From: Microbacterium sp. | GTDB taxonomy: Bacteria > Actinomycetota > Actinomycetes > Actinomycetales > Microbacteriaceae | Direction of reading: 5' to 3' | DNA length: 63,974 nucleotides | Assembly: GCF_029263575.1 (NCBI RefSeq) | Contig: NZ_JAJUFV010000001.1 | Span: forward strand, 1-63,974 | In this document: piece after piece, positions 59,506 through 63,974 of the stretch | How the letters are laid out: each line of letters opens with the position of its first letter | Numbering within the stretch: the stretch's first letter is position 1 | Notes under the pieces: model-generated | The model's database searches: none | Seen by the model: only the letters and a program-made list of their open reading frames with translations | What the model was told of the DNA's origin: nothing | Position numbers and translations under genes: made by a program

Positions 59506-59775
59506 ATGGCACTCGAGTCTGACGCTAAGAAGGCGATCATCGAAGAGTACGCGACGCACCCCGGTGACACCGGATCCCCCGAGGTGCAGGTCGCAATGCT
59601 GACGCAGCGCATCAAAGACCTCACCGAACACCTCAAGGACCACAAGCACGACCACCACTCGCGTCGTGGCCTGTTCCTGATGGTGGGTCAGCGCCGCCGT
59701 CTGCTCGGCTACCTCCAGGACACCGACATCGCACGCTACCGTGCGCTGATCGAGAAGCTCGGACTCCGCCGCTGA
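59506..59775 (+). CDS. rpsO: 30S ribosomal protein S15
   Basis: [46 protein letters not shown]. Confidence 0.99.
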   Translation: MALESDAKKAIIEEYATHPGDTGSPEVQVAMLTQRIKDLTEHLKDHKHDHHSRRGLFLMVGQRRRLLGYLQDTDIARYRALIEKLGLRR

Positions 59776-59802
59776 GCGACCAGCGTTCAATCGCACTTCT
59801 TC

Positions 59803-59834
59803 CGAAGGCCGTCCCAGGTGTGGGGCGGCCTTCG
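59803..59834. terminator. Hairpin terminator after rpsO
   Basis: CGAAGGCCGTCCCA-GGTG-TGGGGCGGCCTTCG. Confidence 0.8.
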
Positions 59835-59849
59835 TCGTTCCCGGCGCGG

Positions 59850-60377
59850 TCAGGCGGGGTAGGTGACGTGGCCGTCTTCGACCAGGGCTCCGGAAGTGAC
59901 GGATGCCGCATGCTGCCGACCTTCGTTCATGAGATGGAACACCTGCTCGCCCCGAGCGAGGAGATGGTCGGCGATGATACGCCGGTGGCACCGCCACCAC
60001 ACCGCCTCTGAGCACATCACCGACGTGCGCAGGTCGCGCCCGCGATCGCGCAGCTGCGCAAGTCCGGATTGAAATTCGTCCGAGAGCGCGTAGTCGGCGT
60101 AGTTGTGGAAGCTGCGGTTCTGCCAGAAGGCGTTCACTGTGAACGGGATGTCCTTCGACACCGGGCGACGCCCGCTAAGCTGTGCGATTCGCTCGAACCC
60201 GATGCCTGCCGCATCCAACGATTCGCGCAGCGAATCCTCGTTGAACTGCGGATGCCGACGCGAGCCCGGAAGACGTCTCACATCCACGATCAACTCGACG
60301 TCGCTGGTGTTCAGCACGTCGATGAACTCCGCGATGGATCGCGTGGAATGACCGACGGTGAAAAACGGTAAGGACAT
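59850..60377 (-). CDS. DUF488-family protein
   Basis: FTVGHSTR, VDVRRLP.SRRHPQFN, L.GRR, MCSEAVWWRCHRRIIAD; TAGCGT 7 nt before ATG60377. Confidence 0.9.
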   Translation of the reverse strand: MSLPFFTVGHSTRSIAEFIDVLNTSDVELIVDVRRLPGSRRHPQFNEDSLRESLDAAGIGFERIAQLSGRRPVSKDIPFTVNAFWQNRSFHNYADYALSDEFQSGLAQLRDRGRDLRTSVMCSEAVWWRCHRRIIADHLLARGEQVFHLMNEGRQHAASVTSGALVEDGHVTYPA

Positions 60378-60433
60378 ATCCCTGACGCTATTGCGCATGC
60401 CTGACAGCGTGCACCTGCTTGACGGGGTGATGG

Positions 60434-60472
60434 CTCTCCGGTAGGAAAGCGTGTGTCTTTCCAGATGGAAAG
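60434..60472. promoter_or_regulatory. Tandem palindromic operator CT(T/C)TCC-N4-GGAAAG x2
   Basis: CTCTCCGGTAGGAAAG (60434-60449) and CTTTCCAGATGGAAAG (60457-60472), upstream of the membrane protein + wHTH operon. Confidence 0.65.
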
Positions 60473-60496
60473 TGGCACCACCGTAGAGCGGACACG

Positions 60497-61360
60497 ATGG
60501 AACAGCGACCGGCCCCGGGGCAGCAGCCACTGGATCCGCCGACGGCGGATGTCGCCCAGGTGTATCTCGATGAGATCGAGCAGGTGCGCGATCGTCGGGA
60601 GAAGCACATCGATCGCCGGCGACTGGCCTGGTTCTCGCTCACGGATGCCGTTGCGCTCTCGATCTACATCACCATCGCAGCCTTTGCGATCGGCACACCA
60701 CCGGGGGTCTCGTTCCTCGTGCTGATCGCCGCCTTCCTCGTGTGGCTGCACCTCGCGTTGGAGCGCCGTGAAGGCGACGGTACGTATGGAACGCCGCTTT
60801 CAGGCGAGCGTTCGGTTGCGGTTTGGTTCGCGATTCTGCTGATCCTCGTCGTGGTCGGCGGGGTCGTGCTCGGATCCTTTGGCTTACGACCTCCGTGGAC
60901 AGTCCGACTTGTTCCCGGGCTCCTCGCACTGGCTGTGTTCGGCGTACCGGCCGTGCGTCAACTACAGCAGTCGATGCCGTTGTCGCAGGCGCTCCGCCCG
61001 CTGAGTAGCGGGGAGCGATGGATGAGCGTCGGTGTCGGCGTCTTCTTCGCGGTCGGCGCGGGCGTAGTCATGGCAGAGTTCGACGAGCTGAGGGTGCCGA
61101 TCGTCGGCGCGGCTATGTGCGGCTGTGTCGTGGTGTGGTGGATCGCCGCGCGTATCAGCGACCGCCTGCCGGTGTTGGGCGCGGTTTGGTCACGATCGCA
61201 ATGGGGCGCATTCGGTATCGGGGCGGTAGCGCTTGCCGCAGCGATCCTCGTGCGACTGGTGGCGCCCTCGGCGCCGCTGGCCGTGTTCGCACCCTGGGTC
61301 GGGTCTGGCATCGTGCTGCTGTTCGCAGCCGCCGTGTTCCGGGACGGACGCGATGGGTGA
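60497..61360 (+). CDS. Hypothetical polytopic membrane protein
   Basis: About 8 hydrophobic segments; overlaps the downstream regulator by 8 nt. Confidence 0.72.
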   Translation: MEQRPAPGQQPLDPPTADVAQVYLDEIEQVRDRREKHIDRRRLAWFSLTDAVALSIYITIAAFAIGTPPGVSFLVLIAAFLVWLHLALERREGDGTYGTPLSGERSVAVWFAILLILVVVGGVVLGSFGLRPPWTVRLVPGLLALAVFGVPAVRQLQQSMPLSQALRPLSSGERWMSVGVGVFFAVGAGVVMAEFDELRVPIVGAAMCGCVVVWWIAARISDRLPVLGAVWSRSQWGAFGIGAVALAAAILVRLVAPSAPLAVFAPWVGSGIVLLFAAAVFRDGRDG

Positions 61361-61667
61361 GCAGCATCCGCGGCTGCGATTGGATGACAACTTCGCCAGT
61401 CCCATCCGCTTCTCGCTCATGGCTGCGCTGCTCGACGGCGACGAGCTCGACTTCTCGACGCTGGCTGAGGTGCTTCAGGTGGGGGACTCCGCACTCAGTA
61501 AGTCGATCTCGCATCTGCACGCGATCGGCTACGTCTCGACGCGCCGTGGTGAAGTTGGAAGCAGGCCACGCACATGGGTGCGCTCGACGCGCCGGGGCGA
61601 GTGCGCCTTCGCGGCGCACCTGCATGCGCTGCAGGAGATTGTCGAGTTCGGCGGCTCGCGCCGCTGA
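61353..61667 (+). CDS. Winged-helix transcriptional regulator (HTH_34/MarR-ArsR-like)
   Basis: P.RFSLMAAL, DFSTL...L...DSALSK.IS.L...GYV, RPRTWVR.T..G..AF..H..AL. Confidence 0.88.
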   Translation: MGEQHPRLRLDDNFASPIRFSLMAALLDGDELDFSTLAEVLQVGDSALSKSISHLHAIGYVSTRRGEVGSRPRTWVRSTRRGECAFAAHLHALQEIVEFGGSRR

Positions 61668-61669
61668 CG

Positions 61670-62674
61670 TCACCCGGCAGCGCGGGCCAGATCAGGGTGG
61701 TGGATCGCCGCGACATCGGGATGCGCTCGCAAACGAGACTTGAGGGCGTTCTCGCCGTAGAGGCTGTGGATCGGGTTCGTCGGGTCGGCCGACACCCCGC
61801 GCGCATCAGCGGCAAGGTCAGCGGGAAGCTCGATCAGCGGCAGGGTCTTATCGAGCGCAGGGTTGAAGAAGAATGGCACCGAGATGCGCTCCTCGGGCGC
61901 CTTCGGCGAGATCACGCGGTGATTGGTGGCCTTGAGGTAACCGGCCGTCGCGTACTCGAGCAGCTCGCCGATGTTCACGACGAATGCGCCGTCGACAGGC
62001 GGAGCATCCACCCAGCTGCCGTCACGCTCGACCTGCAGCCCGCCCTTGCCCGGCTCGACCCACAGCAGCGTGAGCACCCCCGAGTCTTTGTGGGCCCCGA
62101 CGCCCTGCTGGGGTTCTGGCTCCTCGGCGCCGGGATAGCGAACGATCTTGATCAGAGTGGAGGGCTCACCGAAGTTCGCGTCGAAGTAGCTCTCTTCGGC
62201 GCCGAGCGCGAGAGCCCAGGCGCGCAGCAGCTTGCGAGAGACGCCCGACAGCTGTGCGTGCCACTCTTCGACGACCTCGCGCAGCTCGGGCTGAGCCTTC
62301 GGCCACAGGTTCGGTCCCAGGAGGCGATTGAAGGCTGGGCCGCCTTCGACCGCCGCTCGTTCGGGCCCGATGTCGATCTGCTCACGCCAGTCCACCTTGC
62401 CCTGTGTGCGCTCACCACCGATGCGCGTGTATCCGCGAAAGTGCGGGCTTTTCACAATCTCGATCGACAGCTTCTCTTCGTCGGGGAGTGCGAAGAAATC
62501 GAGCGCAGCACGATGCAGCCGTTCGGACAGCTCGGCACTCACACCGGTGCCGGTCAGGTAGAAGAAGCCGACATCGTGCGTTGCGGCGCGTAGGTCCTCG
62601 CGGAAGCGCGCGGCGGACTCAGGTCCCGCGTCAAGCTGTGAGAGATCGAGCACGGGAAGATTCAGATCAGCCAT
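61670..62674 (-). CDS. 2-oxoglutarate/Fe(II) dioxygenase, isopenicillin N synthase family
   Basis: LPVLDLS, GFFYL.G.G, FRGY, HKD (HxD), VVNIGE, NHRV, R.S.PFF. Confidence 0.93.
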   Translation of the reverse strand: MADLNLPVLDLSQLDAGPESAARFREDLRAATHDVGFFYLTGTGVSAELSERLHRAALDFFALPDEEKLSIEIVKSPHFRGYTRIGGERTQGKVDWREQIDIGPERAAVEGGPAFNRLLGPNLWPKAQPELREVVEEWHAQLSGVSRKLLRAWALALGAEESYFDANFGEPSTLIKIVRYPGAEEPEPQQGVGAHKDSGVLTLLWVEPGKGGLQVERDGSWVDAPPVDGAFVVNIGELLEYATAGYLKATNHRVISPKAPEERISVPFFFNPALDKTLPLIELPADLAADARGVSADPTNPIHSLYGENALKSRLRAHPDVAAIHHPDLARAAG

Positions 62675-62747
62675 GACCTGAGGCTAAGCCGAACGAGCCA
62701 CCGGTGCGACGAGTATTGCGCCGGGTTACCGCCGGTAATCTGGAACC

Positions 62748-63203
62748 ATGCCTCGCCTGTGGATTTCTCTGCGTCTCCTGCTGCCTGCCGTCTGGATCGG
62801 ACTCATCATCGGATTGAGCTTCATGGAGACACCGTTGAAATTCCTCGCCCCCGGGATCACGACGCCGCTCGGGCTCGGCATCGGCCGACTCGTGTTCGTC
62901 GCGTTGTCAGTCGCGGGCTGGGCGATCCTCGTCGTGCTCACGCTGATCGGTCGGGCCCGACCCCGTGAGACCAGGGGTGGCTGGCTGCTGATCGGCGTGA
63001 TGTGGCTGGTCATGGCGGTCGAGTCGTTCGTCATCCGGCCGTTGTTGGCTGCTCGCAGTGACGTCATCATCGCGGGTGGCGATCCGGGGGAGTCATGGTT
63101 GCACTACGGGTATATTGCAGCCGAGCTGCTGCTGCTCGCTTCGCTCGTCGCCTACATCGCGGTAGTGGCGCGCCGTCTTCCCCGCGTAGACGTCGCTGAC
63201 TAA
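62748..63203 (+). CDS. Membrane protein (DUF4149-like)
   Basis: Four hydrophobic helices; SFMETPLKFLAP, IGRLVF, LH..Y; TAATCT 6 nt upstream. Confidence 0.75.
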   Translation: MPRLWISLRLLLPAVWIGLIIGLSFMETPLKFLAPGITTPLGLGIGRLVFVALSVAGWAILVVLTLIGRARPRETRGGWLLIGVMWLVMAVESFVIRPLLAARSDVIIAGGDPGESWLHYGYIAAELLLLASLVAYIAVVARRLPRVDVAD

Positions 63204-63973
63204 CCCTCGACGGCACGCCTCGACCCGGTCGGGTCATCACGGCGCGATGTGTCGGAGACGAGCCTGGTATCGCTGAACAGCCAGCGCGGTCGCGGCTCGA
63301 TGAGCGGGCGTGTGAGCCAGCGGATGGGCTTCGTCGCGAGCACGAGGGCGATGACGACTGAGAGGGCGATGACGGTGGGAAGCCAGATCCAGGTCGGTTC
63401 CGCATTGCGCAGGATGCCCGATTCGCGGAATGGGTACAGCACGAACGAGTGCAGCAGATAGACGTACATCGTGTACTGGCCGAACCGGGTCCACCATCGG
63501 GTGCGACGCGGAATCAGGATGAAGAACGCGGCGCTGAGGATGAGCCCGATCGCGATGATCAGCAGTCGTACGCCGCCTGACCACCAGGCGTGGGCATCCA
63601 GGTCAGCGTAGGAATCGTCGTAGAAGAACCATTTGCTCAACTCGACCTTCGTCCATAGCTCCTGCCAGTTCCAGGCGATGAAGCCATCGACAGCGAGGAC
63701 GGCGAGGGCGAGCACGCGCAACCACCACGGCCGGAAGTCGATCAAGCGCAGTCGGTTGACGAGGTCATGTTCGCGCAGCCACCAGCCGAGCACGAAGAAC
63801 GGCAGAAAGCCGAGGGTGCGAGACAGCGAGAACGTGCTGTCGACGTTGGTCAGGTAGCCGGCGCTGACCGAGATCACGACACTCCACGCGAGCGGCCAGC
63901 GCAGCAGAGCGAGGTAGGGCAGGACGAGACGGAATATTCCGAGTGCGAGCAGAAACCAGAGAGTCCACGAGGG
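63200..63973 (-). CDS. Acyltransferase-3 family O-acyltransferase (5' end outside window)
   Basis: The frame stays open to the window edge (PSWTLWFLLAL...); PFFVLG and G..TMYVYLLH motifs; multi-TM. Confidence 0.85.
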   Translation of the reverse strand, partial: PSWTLWFLLALGIFRLVLPYLALLRWPLAWSVVISVSAGYLTNVDSTFSLSRTLGFLPFFVLGWWLREHDLVNRLRLIDFRPWWLRVLALAVLAVDGFIAWNWQELWTKVELSKWFFYDDSYADLDAHAWWSGGVRLLIIAIGLILSAAFFILIPRRTRWWTRFGQYTMYVYLLHSFVLYPFRESGILRNAEPTWIWLPTVIALSVVIALVLATKPIRWLTRPLIEPRPRWLFSDTRLVSDTSRRDDPTGSRRAVEG

Positions 63974-63974
63974 C

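Noticed and set aside
61670-62674. Beta-lactam biosynthesis (IPNS-like)
   Set aside because: Generic 2OG-Fe(II) oxygenase; no ACV synthetase or other cluster genes nearby.

Overview
High-GC actinobacterial chromosome segment; gene content and order point to Microbacteriaceae, most like Microbacterium (inferred, no database search was run). The backbone is housekeeping: dxr-(rip/rseP)-ispG, proS, nusA-ylxR-infB-rbfA, mutY, truB, ribF, pfkA, ptrB, pit, aspA and rpsO. It is interspersed with less usual or accessory loci. These are a PP2C phosphatase plus an EccC/FtsK-like ATPase, a divergent MurE-type ligase (HHPR in place of DNPR), a His-rich membrane ORF ending in an RGPP arrest-like motif just upstream of a YcnI-type copper protein, and a fused TrpE(G)/PhzE-type enzyme behind a complete Trp attenuator (leader MPANLTWWPAF, absent from the ORF track). 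Also present are a sortase-anchored metallophosphoesterase-LamG protein, a ~9.3 kb insert of two ATPase-less LuxR-type regulators plus two GH18 chitinases, and a membrane protein/winged-helix pair with a tandem palindromic operator. About 20 genes have a TANNNT-like hexamer 6-7 nt before the start codon, indicating widespread leaderless transcription. No tRNA, rRNA, CRISPR array, transposase or integrase was recognised.
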